From: Candidatus Kaelpia imicola
Lineage (GTDB): Bacteria > Omnitrophota > Gorgyraeia > Kaelpiales > Kaelpiaceae
DNA length: 64,000 nucleotides
Direction of reading: 5' to 3'
Assembly: GCA_030765505.1 (NCBI GenBank)
Contig: JAVCCL010000025.1
Coordinates: 14,865 to 78,864, forward strand
A program made the translations under genes and the position numbers. This document shows, in pieces, positions 49,061 to 58,621 of this stretch. The first letter of the stretch is position 1. The number at the start of each line of letters is the position of its first letter. The notes beneath the pieces were generated by a model. It saw only the letters and a program-made list of their open reading frames with translations. It was not told the DNA's origin and searched no databases.

Positions 49061-50091
49061 CAGCCAAAGAAAGTAGCTGCAATACTATAAATTTTATCAT
49101 CTACGGTCTTCAGCTTACCCAGCACATCTTTAATCGGTATATCGGATATCTCATTACCTTTTAATACTACAACACGCCCAAACCTACCATCATTAACCAG
49201 CTCAAAAGCTCTGATTCCATATCTTGTACCCAAGATTCTGTCATATGCTGTAGGTGATCCGCCTCTCTGAATGTGACCTAAGACTGTTACTCTAGTCTCA
49301 TAACCTGTCTTCTCCTCCAGCCTATCTGCTACTTGCTGACCTATACCTCCTAACTTAATATGACCAAAAGAATCTAAGTTGTCATCTTGAACCACATCAG
49401 CTCCTCTTTTAAACTTCGCACCTTCAGCAACCACTACAACAGAGAAGTCTTTACCTCTTGAATGGCGCTTCTTTATCAAGGAGCATACCTGATCCATATC
49501 TATCGGCTTCTCGGGTATCAAGATAGCATCGGCGCCTCCAGCAAGACCGGCGTAAAGTGCAATCCAGCCTGCATGTCTGCCCATAACCTCAACAACCATA
49601 ACTCTATTGTGAGATTCGGCTGTAGTATGGAGTTTATCAATACACTCCATCGCAATATTAACAGCTGTATCAAAACCAAAAGTAAAATCTGTACCCGAGA
49701 TATCGTTATCTATCGTCTTTGGAACTCCAATGACGGGAAGTTTAAAATCACGGTATAGTTTTGCAGCTACACCCAGGGTATCTTCACCTCCTATCGGTAT
49801 TAGAGCATCAAACCCAAGAGACTCAAAGTTATCTACCACCTTCTGGATCTCCCCCTCACTCTTATAGGGGTTTGTTCTAGAAGTCCTTAAAATAGTTCCA
49901 CCCCGATGCAAAATCCCTGACACAGAGTCTATATCAAGATTGACAACATCTTTATCCAATAGACCCTTCCATCCATTCTTTATACCTAATATCTTATAGT
50001 TTTCAATTAAGCCTCTTCTTACAATAGCTCTGATTACCGAATTCAAACCGGGACAATCGCCCCCACCGGTTAAAATGCCAATGCTTTTCAT
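49060..50091 (-). CDS. pfk: 6-phosphofructokinase, probably pyrophosphate-dependent
   Basis: PFK-A fold GILTGGGDCPGLN. The E. coli PfkA GGDGS block reads GGEDT here (Asp at residue 104), and the PGTIDND block reads PKTIDND (Lys at residue 124). That residue pair is the known determinant of PPi versus ATP use. Confidence 0.8.
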   Translation of the reverse strand: MKSIGILTGGGDCPGLNSVIRAIVRRGLIENYKILGIKNGWKGLLDKDVVNLDIDSVSGILHRGGTILRTSRTNPYKSEGEIQKVVDNFESLGFDALIPIGGEDTLGVAAKLYRDFKLPVIGVPKTIDNDISGTDFTFGFDTAVNIAMECIDKLHTTAESHNRVMVVEVMGRHAGWIALYAGLAGGADAILIPEKPIDMDQVCSLIKKRHSRGKDFSVVVVAEGAKFKRGADVVQDDNLDSFGHIKLGGIGQQVADRLEEKTGYETRVTVLGHIQRGGSPTAYDRILGTRYGIRAFELVNDGRFGRVVVLKGNEISDIPIKDVLGKLKTVDDKIYSIAATFFG

Positions 50092-50110
50092 CTCTCACCC
50101 CTCTCCTTTC

Positions 50111-50737
50111 TTAAAACTCTCTATAAGGAGGAACAACATCCTGAGGTTCCTCCCCCTGCTTGAGCTTCTTTTTTTTATCTTTTTCACCTATTTTGGATAT
50201 AAAGACTTTAACGATAACAGGTTCTTCCATTCCAAGCATCTCCTGAACTTTGCTTCTCAATTCAGACTGTATCTTCTCGGTTACAGAGGGGATATTAATC
50301 TCGGACAACATTGCAGCCTTAAGAGAGATAACCAATCCGCGCTTCCTAACCGTTACCTTGCTGCGCAGATCCCTTACATCGGGGTCATCTCTCATTATCT
50401 TTCTAACATAATCCTCAATAGCAGAGAGAGAGACTAAGACCTCCCCATAATCTGTTTTAAAAGCTATATTCTTCTCTGCAGCCGCACCTGACCATACAAA
50501 GTTAAGCAATGCAATCACAAGTACGATAAGCGCTGTCCCAACAAAACCTGCAAGAAGCTTTAAGGGAATAAGCTGCTCAGATTCGGCTAGAATAAAACTT
50601 AAATCCTGTTGGGAGATAAAATCCAGAGCATAGAGAACCATAAAGACGCCTATTACAAGGTAGAATAATCCGAACATTAAAAGAACAAACTTAGCCCTCA
50701 ATTTCATCTTTACCCTCCTTTGACAACTTTTTATCAA
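50111..50737 (-). CDS. Membrane protein downstream of asp23 (AmaP-like anchor?)
   Basis: N-terminal TM helices, with operon context alongside the Asp23 family gene. Confidence 0.35.
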   Translation of the reverse strand: MIKSCQRRVKMKLRAKFVLLMFGLFYLVIGVFMVLYALDFISQQDLSFILAESEQLIPLKLLAGFVGTALIVLVIALLNFVWSGAAAEKNIAFKTDYGEVLVSLSAIEDYVRKIMRDDPDVRDLRSKVTVRKRGLVISLKAAMLSEINIPSVTEKIQSELRSKVQEMLGMEEPVIVKVFISKIGEKDKKKKLKQGEEPQDVVPPYREF

Positions 50738-51116
50738 ATTTTATCTTCTCTATTACTCCGTGGATAGACATATCTTCAACTCTCTCTACTTCAACATTTA
50801 TTCTCTCGGGAATAATACCTATCATCTGATCAAGCATTCTCTTAATGCTGGATTGAACCCCGTTTACAATGTCGGGAATATTAACACCTAAAGCAACAAC
50901 TATTGCTATCGAAACCTTCAACTCTCCATCCTTTGACTCATCAATAGTTACTCCGCGTGAGAACTTTTTGCGGCCCAAAAAAGAGAGCAATCCTTTTTTA
51001 AAACCACTGGCAATCTTCTCTACGCCTTCAACTTCAAGCGCAGCCTTACGCATAATAACAGTTATAACCTCATTATGTATTTTTACATCCCCATTATTAC
51101 CTTTCTTAAACTCCAT
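50691..51116 (-). CDS. Asp23/Gls24 family (alkaline shock protein-like)
   Basis: DUF322-like block VKIHNEVITVIMRKAALEVEGV. Confidence 0.65.
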   Translation of the reverse strand: MEFKKGNNGDVKIHNEVITVIMRKAALEVEGVEKIASGFKKGLLSFLGRKKFSRGVTIDESKDGELKVSIAIVVALGVNIPDIVNGVQSSIKRMLDQMIGIIPERINVEVERVEDMSIHGVIEKIKFDKKLSKEGKDEIEG

Positions 51117-51120
51117 AAAC

Positions 51121-52473
51121 CTACCCTTTCTCTTTCTGCAAGAATCTCTCTACGAAATCAGTATAGTAACTACCTTGACAAAATCTCTCATCCTGAACTA
51201 TCTCTCTCAAAAAAGGAGTCGTAGTCTTAAGCGGCCTGATTAAAAGTTCGTCTAGAGCACGTCTCATATTTATTAAAGCTTCATCTCTATTCTGCCCATA
51301 GGCTATAACCTTGGCAATCAAAGAATCGTAAAAAGGCGGAATATTGTAGCCTGAATAGACATGAGTATCAACTCTCAACCCAAACCCTCCGGGGAAATAG
51401 AGTTCTTCTATCTTGCCGGGAGAAGGCAGAAATCCATTGTAAGGATCTTCAGCATTTATCCTGCATTCAATAGCATGACCACTCACTTTAATCTTAGGTT
51501 GCGAAAGCCCAAGCTTCTCACCTGAGGCGCTCTTAATCTGTTCTTTAAGAATGTCAACTCCTGTTACAACTTCAGTAACTGGGTGTTCAACCTGTATTCT
51601 TGTATTCATCTCAAGAAAATAGAACTTATTATTTTCATCAAGCACAAATTCAACCGTTCCGACATTATCATAGCCAATAGTCTTTACAAGCTTTAAAGCT
51701 ACCTCTCCGAGTTTCTTCCTTAGTTTACTATTTACCCTGGGAGACGGGCTCTCTTCAATCAGCTTCTGAAACCTTCTCTGAACCGTACAATCTCTCTCTC
51801 CGAGATGGATTGCGTTGCCGTGCTTATCAGCTAAAATCTGTACCTCAACATGTCTAATATTTGAAACAAATTTCTCGATATATACATCCTTATTACCGAA
51901 GGCCTCCTCAGCCTCTCTCTGAGCAGTAATATAAGCCGACACTAACCTAATATCATTATGGCAGACACGCATCCCCTTACCTCCGCCTCCGGCAACAGCT
52001 TTTATCACCACAGGATAGCCGATACGATTGGCAACGGCAATCGCCTCCTCTTCATTGGTAACAGGACCATCAGACCCCGGTATAACCGGAATATTGGCTC
52101 TCTTCGCAACCTCTCGAGCCCTAAGCTTATCACCCATTAATTGTAGATTTTTAGAACTTGGGCCTATAAAAGAGAGCTTGCAAGATTTACATACTTCGGC
52201 AAAATGATAGTCTTCTGCTAAAAATCCATAACCCGGATGTATTGCCTCAACGTCTGTAATCTCTGCAGCACTTATTATAGCCGGAATATTGAGGTAGCTA
52301 TCCTTAGACGGCGCAGGACCGATACACAGCGCCTCATCGGCAAATTTAACATGGAGGCATTCCTCATCCGCCTTAGAGTAAACAGCAACTGTCTTAATCC
52401 TCAAATCCTTACAGGCGCGTATTACACGCAGTGCTATCTCACCCCTGTTTGCAATTAATATCTTTTCAAACAT
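51121..52473 (-). CDS. accC: Acetyl-CoA carboxylase biotin carboxylase subunit
   Basis: ATP-grasp biotin carboxylase with MFEKILIANRGEIA and overall AccC similarity. Confidence 0.9.
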   Translation of the reverse strand: MFEKILIANRGEIALRVIRACKDLRIKTVAVYSKADEECLHVKFADEALCIGPAPSKDSYLNIPAIISAAEITDVEAIHPGYGFLAEDYHFAEVCKSCKLSFIGPSSKNLQLMGDKLRAREVAKRANIPVIPGSDGPVTNEEEAIAVANRIGYPVVIKAVAGGGGKGMRVCHNDIRLVSAYITAQREAEEAFGNKDVYIEKFVSNIRHVEVQILADKHGNAIHLGERDCTVQRRFQKLIEESPSPRVNSKLRKKLGEVALKLVKTIGYDNVGTVEFVLDENNKFYFLEMNTRIQVEHPVTEVVTGVDILKEQIKSASGEKLGLSQPKIKVSGHAIECRINAEDPYNGFLPSPGKIEELYFPGGFGLRVDTHVYSGYNIPPFYDSLIAKVIAYGQNRDEALINMRRALDELLIRPLKTTTPFLREIVQDERFCQGSYYTDFVERFLQKEKG

Positions 52474-52478
52474 ATTTT

Positions 52479-52913
52479 TTATTCAGGTATAATTTTAAAA
52501 AGAGGGTGGCCAAAATCTACCGGATCACCATTCTCAACAAGAACATCTGCAACCCTGCCTCTATATTCAGATTTGATCTCATTCATCAACTTCATAGCTT
52601 CGACAATACATACGGTATCTCCCACCTCTACCTTCTTATTTATATCAGTATAGGGAGCAGCATCCGGAGCAGGGGTCCTGTAAAAAGTTCCGACCATAGG
52701 AGAGTTGATATAATACACACCCTCTTCTGCTCTATCTACCTCCTTAATATACTCCTGAGGTTGAGTTTGAGGAGAGAGAGGCTGAATCTCTCTAACCGGC
52801 TGCTCTTCTTTCTTACGCAGTTTTATACGCTTACCCTCTTCCTCCAATTCGACTTCAACAAGGTCTTCTCTGTTCATAAGCTCAATCATCTCTTTAATCT
52901 TTTTTATATCCAT
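52479..52913 (-). CDS. accB: Biotin carboxyl carrier protein
   Basis: Biotinylation motif EAMKLMNEI. Confidence 0.85.
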   Translation of the reverse strand: MDIKKIKEMIELMNREDLVEVELEEEGKRIKLRKKEEQPVREIQPLSPQTQPQEYIKEVDRAEEGVYYINSPMVGTFYRTPAPDAAPYTDINKKVEVGDTVCIVEAMKLMNEIKSEYRGRVADVLVENGDPVDFGHPLFKIIPE

Positions 52914-52915
52914 AT

Positions 52916-53473
52916 CTATACCCTCTCTATATATCCAGCGGTTCTAGTATCAATTTTTACAACATCGCCTTTATCTATAAAAAGAGGGACCTGTATTGTA
53001 GCGCCGGTCTCAAGCTTTGCCGGCTTTGTCCCTGTCTTGACCGTATCACCCTTAAAACCGGGGTCGGTTTCAATGATCTCCAATTTAACAAACATAGGTA
53101 AAGAGAGGACAACTATCTTACCCTCATACATTGTTGCATTAATATGGGAGCTCTCTTTAAGAAAATCTTTTATCTCTTCAATATCATCCGCTGCTATAGC
53201 AACATCTTCGTAAGTCTCATCGTCCATAAAATGATAACTCTGAGAATCCCTGTAAATATAGTTCATCCGTCTCTCTTCAACGTAAGCATTGTCAACCTTC
53301 TCATCTGTAGAGATAGTACGCTCTATCACCTGCCCATTTGATACATCTTTAAGCCTCACTCTTAAATAGGCTCCGCCTTTACCAGGCTTTGTGTGTGAAA
53401 AATTGACAACAGCAAAAAGTTTCTCTTCTAACTTAATCACCATGCCTCTCTTTATCTGATTCGCAGGAATCAT
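52916..53473 (-). CDS. efp: Elongation factor P
   Basis: 185 aa with KPGKGGA (Lys34 region). Confidence 0.9.
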   Translation of the reverse strand: MIPANQIKRGMVIKLEEKLFAVVNFSHTKPGKGGAYLRVRLKDVSNGQVIERTISTDEKVDNAYVEERRMNYIYRDSQSYHFMDDETYEDVAIAADDIEEIKDFLKESSHINATMYEGKIVVLSLPMFVKLEIIETDPGFKGDTVKTGTKPAKLETGATIQVPLFIDKGDVVKIDTRTAGYIERV

Positions 53474-54525
53474 TACAATACCTTAAGCCCTCTCTTTTTA
53501 ACCACAACTACATCTTCTACTCTAACACCGCCAATCCCAGGAAAATATAATCCCGGCTCAACAGTTAAAACCATACTCTCTCTGAATATCTCTTTTGAGC
53601 TCTTATTAAAAAATGGCTTCTCATGTACTTCAATGCCTATCCCATGCCCTAAGCTATGCCTTAGGGCAGACTTAAACCCTCTTCGCTCGATTAACTTCTC
53701 AGCCTTGGCTGCAATCTCCCCCATTTTAACACCTTCAGATAGAGAAGAGAAAATAAAATCTCTCACCTCTTCAATTACCCCGTAAGCCTTTTTAACTATC
53801 TTGGGAATTTTATCCCAAAAGAAGACGTGTGTCAAGTCAGCACAGTACCCCCTAAAGACCGCTCCGCAGTCAATAAGAACAAATCCATCCTTTTTTCTTA
53901 TTTTTTCAGCTCTTGCCTTTGCATGAGGCAGAGCACTTCTTGCCCCGGAAGCAACTATAGAAGGAAAAGCAGAGCCATCGGCTGCTCTCTTTCTAAACTC
54001 AAGCTCAAGCAATCCCTGAACTTCAAGTTCAGTCATCCCGCCCTTAAGGCTCTTACTCAAAGAAGCCAATGAATCTTTCGTTATTTTAACCGCTCTGGAT
54101 ATCTTCTCTATCTCACTCTTATCCTTAATCTCTCTCAATTCAGCTACCGAATCTGAGCCCATAAACTTATGCTTATTGAGATTGTTTTTAAGTTTAATAT
54201 AACTTGAAAGAGGGATACTGTTTTCAAGAGCAATCTTATGGGGCCTCTTTTTTAGTCTTAACATTTTTATCAACTCATCTACAGGAGAGTTCTCTCTTAT
54301 AATCTTTTTAAACCCGGGAGCTTTTATTCTATCGAGCTGCTCTCTATATCTTAAGTCGGATACAATTAGATTATCAGAACCGGATTGGGATATAAAGAGA
54401 GCTGCCTCTATATCTGAATTTAGAAGATAGCGTACATTGTTGCAATCTAATAAAAAAATAGAATCAAATCCGGATAATGAGAGACTATTTCTTAACTTTA
54501 AGATTCTTTTCTGATTTAAAGACAT
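53473..54525 (-). CDS. pepP: Xaa-Pro aminopeptidase (M24 family)
   Basis: Pita-bread fold with HGLGHGIGIEVHE metal-binding block. Confidence 0.8.
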   Translation of the reverse strand: MSLNQKRILKLRNSLSLSGFDSIFLLDCNNVRYLLNSDIEAALFISQSGSDNLIVSDLRYREQLDRIKAPGFKKIIRENSPVDELIKMLRLKKRPHKIALENSIPLSSYIKLKNNLNKHKFMGSDSVAELREIKDKSEIEKISRAVKITKDSLASLSKSLKGGMTELEVQGLLELEFRKRAADGSAFPSIVASGARSALPHAKARAEKIRKKDGFVLIDCGAVFRGYCADLTHVFFWDKIPKIVKKAYGVIEEVRDFIFSSLSEGVKMGEIAAKAEKLIERRGFKSALRHSLGHGIGIEVHEKPFFNKSSKEIFRESMVLTVEPGLYFPGIGGVRVEDVVVVKKRGLKVL

Positions 54526-54527
54526 CT

Positions 54528-54968
54528 TTAGGAGAGGTTTAAGATCTTAAGAGCCGCCTCAAGAGCAAGCAGATAACTATTCTTACCAAACCCCGAAATC
54601 TGCCCGCGGCAGACCGGCGCTATAAGCGAGTTGCTTCTAAACTCCTCTCTGGCGTAGATATTTGAAAGGTGAACCTCAATAGCAGGCAGAGCAGATGCCT
54701 CTATTGCATCTCTTATTGCTACAGAGGTATGGGTATAACCTGCGGGGTTTATAATGACCAAGTCAAACTCTTCCCTGGCTTTACCTATCTTTGATACTAT
54801 ATCTCCTTCTGAATCAGACTGAAAGAATTCAATATCCGCATTATTACCCCGGGCAATCTCTTTTAACTCCGAGTTTATCTCATCCAATGTAAAAGTTCCG
54901 TAGATATCAGGCTCTCTCTCGCCCAGCAGGCTCAAATTAGGACCGTGAATAATCAATATCTTAACCAT
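54528..54968 (-). CDS. aroQ: Type II 3-dehydroquinate dehydratase
   Basis: [21 protein letters not shown] and HLSNI motifs. Confidence 0.85.
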   Translation of the reverse strand: MVKILIIHGPNLSLLGEREPDIYGTFTLDEINSELKEIARGNNADIEFFQSDSEGDIVSKIGKAREEFDLVIINPAGYTHTSVAIRDAIEASALPAIEVHLSNIYAREEFRSNSLIAPVCRGQISGFGKNSYLLALEAALKILNLS

Positions 54969-55141
54969 TACTCATCCTCATTGTAAGGGAAGGCTTCATC
55001 GATAAGCATTACAGGTATACCGTCTTTTACAGGATAGAGCAGTCTGCAGCTCCTGCATAACAGACCCTTCTCTTCAATAAGCTCTATATCGCCTTTACAT
55101 TTAGGGCAGGCCAAGATATCAAGCAGCTCTTTATTTATCAT
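54968..55141 (-). CDS. Trm112-like small protein (UPF0434 family)
   Basis: 57 aa, [51 protein letters not shown], with the conserved LxxLxCPxCKG ... CxxC pattern. It was not in the ORF track because it is shorter than 60 aa. Its stop codon overlaps the aroQ ATG as TAATG. Confidence 0.6.
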   Translation of the reverse strand: MINKELLDILACPKCKGDIELIEEKGLLCRSCRLLYPVKDGIPVMLIDEAFPYNEDE

Positions 55142-55568
55142 CCTTACTCTCCGCTTTGTCTTCTATTTTATCTTCTACGATCTCTGATTTGCTATCTTTC
55201 TCTACCTCACCTGAATCCAAATCTTTATCTTTAGGTTCTTCCTCTCCCTCTGCATTCTTCTCTTCCTTATCTTCTTTCTTTTCCTTATCTTTCTCACCTT
55301 GAATCTCCACATAGACCATCTTAAGATAAGAAGATAGCTCATCTATTATCTTCTGCTCATCATCCTTAAGGTTACCCTCTGTCTTCTCTTTAAGCATATC
55401 CAGAGTATCTATTATATAGCGAACCTGCTTGGGGTTTACCTCTTTACGCTTTGTAAGAGGATTCTCTATCTTACCCAGCCCCACCAAGCACTCTAAGCCT
55501 AAACCGTTTATAAAATTAACAAAATTTACTTCCCAAACTTTGTCTTTTATATCTTTATTTTCTTCCAT
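55131..55568 (-). CDS. DUF1844-like acidic protein
   Basis: N-terminal FVNFINGLGLECLVGLG...NPLTKRKEVNPKQVRYIIDTLDMLKEKTEGNL resembles DUF1844, and the tail is K/E/D-rich. The family was recalled from memory. Confidence 0.4.
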   Translation of the reverse strand: MEENKDIKDKVWEVNFVNFINGLGLECLVGLGKIENPLTKRKEVNPKQVRYIIDTLDMLKEKTEGNLKDDEQKIIDELSSYLKMVYVEIQGEKDKEKKEDKEEKNAEGEEEPKDKDLDSGEVEKDSKSEIVEDKIEDKAESKDDK

Positions 55569-55601
55569 CTTTTATATTTTACACCTTTTTAACTCTTTTT
55601 T

Positions 55602-58196
55602 CTACTCTTTTTCAATCCTGCCTACCCTGATAATAGCCGCTTTCAGAGGGTCGATATAAACCTCTAAGAACTTAACAATATCTTCTTTGCTAACCGCAGC
55701 TATCTTCTCTAAATATTGATCTATCTCACGATAGCCGATTCCTAAAACCTCATACACGGCTGTCCGAAAAGAGATTGAAGAGTTGGTTATTATATCTCTT
55801 AAATAACGGCTCCTTAACATCTCCTTAGCATCTGCTATCTCCTTAACGGCTATATCTCCGCTCCTGATCTCACTTAATATCAAAAGCATCTTCTCTAAAA
55901 CCTGCTCTTCTTTATCCGGTGTTGTTGCAACATAGAAACTCATAATCCCAGGATCAGGGCCTAAGAACAACATCCCGCCTAAAGCATAAGCACCGCCCAG
56001 CTCTCTTCTGATCCTGTTAAAGAAGAGTGAGCCCTGGCCTGTAACCATCATCTGTATCAAATCCATAACATATCTATCATCCGAGGATATCTCCGGAACC
56101 ATAAAACCGATCTCAACCAATACCTCTCTTTGAGGTATAAACTTATCTACTCTCTTCTGCTCACCTGGGTAGAGATCTCTTGTTTTTGAGAACTCCGGCT
56201 CAATCCCTCTCCATTCCCCAAGCTCTTTCCTTAAAACCTTTTTAACGCTATCCTTGCCTATATCACCTGCAACCGATATCACACAGTTAGCAGGAGTAAA
56301 TACCCTATCTTTGAAGTTGTATATATCTTCCATCTCTAGTGACCCTACTGACTCTACTGTTCCATCCGGCATCATCCTGTAAGACTGCTCTTTAAATATA
56401 GCCTCACGCATAATCTTGGATGCCTGATAGAAAAGATCTATCTCAGAGTCTTTTATCTTCCCAATTTGAATATTCTTAATAACCTCTAAATCGTCTTTCT
56501 TAAATTCGGGGTTCTTCAGGAGGTTTGCCGTTAGACTTAATACTTCGGATATCTCCATCTCCGGTGTCTGAATCGAGAATCCAATGCTGTTATTTCCGGA
56601 TACCGGCTTAACGACAGCCCCCAGGTCAAGGAATCTCTGCTCTATCTCAGATGTTATAAGCAGGTTGGGCAGAATTTTAGAGATACCGTTTATATCTTTA
56701 TCCTCAGCCCTTAATCCGCCTTCAAAAATAACTGTAATTGCAGTAAGAGGTGAAACATCGGAGTCAGAGAGAATAACTCTAAGCCCGTTATCGTAATCTA
56801 TCTTCTCAAAACTCCTTTTCTTAAACTTAAGCCTCTCCTGCTGCTCTTTTTCTACTTCAGGGATAAGTTTTACCTCAACTGCTCTCTCTAAGTTTAAGTA
56901 TCTATCAGCTACTCTACTCAGACCTTCCTTATCTATAGATAAAAACCTATTTAGGTATTTTAGGTTGTACTTATAATCCGATGCTAAGCTCTCACTCCTT
57001 GATAAACTCTGCGCAATATCAATAGGTCTCTCCTGCTCTTTTAAGAACTCAAACGAGACTCTCTTTTTAAGACGCCGGATCCTCTCATCATTAAAACCGC
57101 CTCTCTCTATCTCAGAGAGAAACTTTTTAAACTCTCTCTTAAAATCTCCAATATTTTTATCTTCAAGAACCACAAAGAATCCGAATAGACCTTGGGAGTA
57201 AGGCGTATAGCTGACTGTATCTATCGAATAACATATTCCTCTCTCTATAAAACGCTTATAGAGAGGGGCATCTTTACCCCAGCTTAGATATTCAGATAAG
57301 AAATCCAAGCTCTCTAAATCCGAATGAAACATAGATACACCGGGAAAGGATATAAATATATAACTGACCTTACCCGGGTAATGCTCTGTATATTCTAAAG
57401 GATGACTTCTCTCTTCATCAGGAAAAGACTCTTTCCTAATACAGCCGGGTTTAAGTTTAGAGATTAAACCCTTTAAGCGCTTATCAACCTCTTTATAGTC
57501 TAAATCACCTGTAATAGATATGACAGCATTGTTGGGAACATAGTTCTTACTGTGAAACTCTATCAAATCGTCCAGAGTAACTTTTTCTATAAGCTGGGTC
57601 TCACCGATTATCGGATAACCATAGGGATGGTCCCTGTAGGATTTCTTAAAAGCAATCTTAGATATTCGGGATGAGGGATTATCATCTCTAAACTTGGCCT
57701 CTTTTAAAACAACCTCTCTCTCTCTGGAGAAAACCTCCTCAGTTAACTCAGGGCTAAACATAGCAGGGATAAAGATCTCAAGAGTCTTGTTTAGGTTTTC
57801 CTTAGGTACTTCGAAATAATATAGCGTATGATCAAATGTAGTATAGGCATTGGATGACGCCCCATACTCTCTCATCTTATCCTCTAAATCCTTCCTGCCT
57901 TCAAAGACAAGATGTTCTGTAAGATGGGCTAAACCTGAGCCTAAAAACTCAGCCTCATCAGAGCTCCCGGTAGCAAAACATATCGATACCGCAGCTATAT
58001 CAGAGGGAAAATGCTTATAGATGAACTTGAGACCGTTATCATATTCTTTCAAGTTAACACCGCTATAAAAACCATCCATATTCTTCATAACCCACTCCTT
58101 AAAGTGATTTAAGTTATCTTTAAATAACGGGATAGCAGAAAGAAAAAACAGAAGAGATAAAAACCTTATATGTTTTCTGTAAATTCCGGTAAACAC
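55602..58196 (-). CDS. M16 family zinc peptidase (tandem pitrilysin-like domains)
   Basis: Inverted zinc motif HLTEHLVFEG. At 864 aa it can hold two M16 units. Confidence 0.8.
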   Translation of the reverse strand: MFTGIYRKHIRFLSLLFFLSAIPLFKDNLNHFKEWVMKNMDGFYSGVNLKEYDNGLKFIYKHFPSDIAAVSICFATGSSDEAEFLGSGLAHLTEHLVFEGRKDLEDKMREYGASSNAYTTFDHTLYYFEVPKENLNKTLEIFIPAMFSPELTEEVFSREREVVLKEAKFRDDNPSSRISKIAFKKSYRDHPYGYPIIGETQLIEKVTLDDLIEFHSKNYVPNNAVISITGDLDYKEVDKRLKGLISKLKPGCIRKESFPDEERSHPLEYTEHYPGKVSYIFISFPGVSMFHSDLESLDFLSEYLSWGKDAPLYKRFIERGICYSIDTVSYTPYSQGLFGFFVVLEDKNIGDFKREFKKFLSEIERGGFNDERIRRLKKRVSFEFLKEQERPIDIAQSLSRSESLASDYKYNLKYLNRFLSIDKEGLSRVADRYLNLERAVEVKLIPEVEKEQQERLKFKKRSFEKIDYDNGLRVILSDSDVSPLTAITVIFEGGLRAEDKDINGISKILPNLLITSEIEQRFLDLGAVVKPVSGNNSIGFSIQTPEMEISEVLSLTANLLKNPEFKKDDLEVIKNIQIGKIKDSEIDLFYQASKIMREAIFKEQSYRMMPDGTVESVGSLEMEDIYNFKDRVFTPANCVISVAGDIGKDSVKKVLRKELGEWRGIEPEFSKTRDLYPGEQKRVDKFIPQREVLVEIGFMVPEISSDDRYVMDLIQMMVTGQGSLFFNRIRRELGGAYALGGMLFLGPDPGIMSFYVATTPDKEEQVLEKMLLILSEIRSGDIAVKEIADAKEMLRSRYLRDIITNSSISFRTAVYEVLGIGYREIDQYLEKIAAVSKEDIVKFLEVYIDPLKAAIIRVGRIEKE

Positions 58197-58218
58197 TTAA
58201 AGTATAGGGAAAGGAGTC

Positions 58219-58392
58219 TATTTACTCCTGCGTTTTTTCTTCATCATCTTTCTGCGCTTGATTTCACTAGGCTTCTCATAATGCCTAATGGCGCGCAGAA
58301 CCTTCATCAGGCCTTCCTGCTCAACCTTTCTTTTAAAACGGCGCAATGCCTGATCCAGGCTCTCGTTTGATCTAACTTCTACCTTTGCCACT
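58219..58392 (-). CDS. rpsU: 30S ribosomal protein S21
   Basis: 57 aa with a GTG start: VAKVEVRSNESLDQALRRFKRKVEQEGLMKVLRAIRHYEKPSEIKRRKMMKKKRRSK. This matches the S21 pattern (xVxVRxNExxDxALRRFKR...YEKP). It is missing from the ORF track because of its length. Confidence 0.75.
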
Positions 58393-58621
58393 AATTATCA
58401 CATCCTTTCCGTTAAATTTTCTAAATTATAATTATTGTAACCATAAAAGTCAAGATGAAAGGGTTTAAATGAAAGGGTTTTAAGTTTCTGAGATTAAACA
58501 GAGTATCAAAACAAAATCATTATGATATTAAAACCTGCAGAGATTTAATAATAGAAAAACTTTTATTTCAAATGTTCAAAAAAATGACTAAAAACATAAT
58601 CTTTACTTCTAAATCAAAACT

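Noticed and set aside
52431-53213. 260-aa plus-strand ORF
   Set aside because: It lies fully antisense to the conserved accB and efp genes. It is low-complexity and Leu/Ser/Ile-rich, typical of a shadow ORF.
58456-58481. Direct repeat atgaaagggttt x2 upstream of rpsU
   Set aside because: It is a 12-bp tandem duplication in an AT-rich intergenic region, with no array structure and no CRISPR-like spacing.
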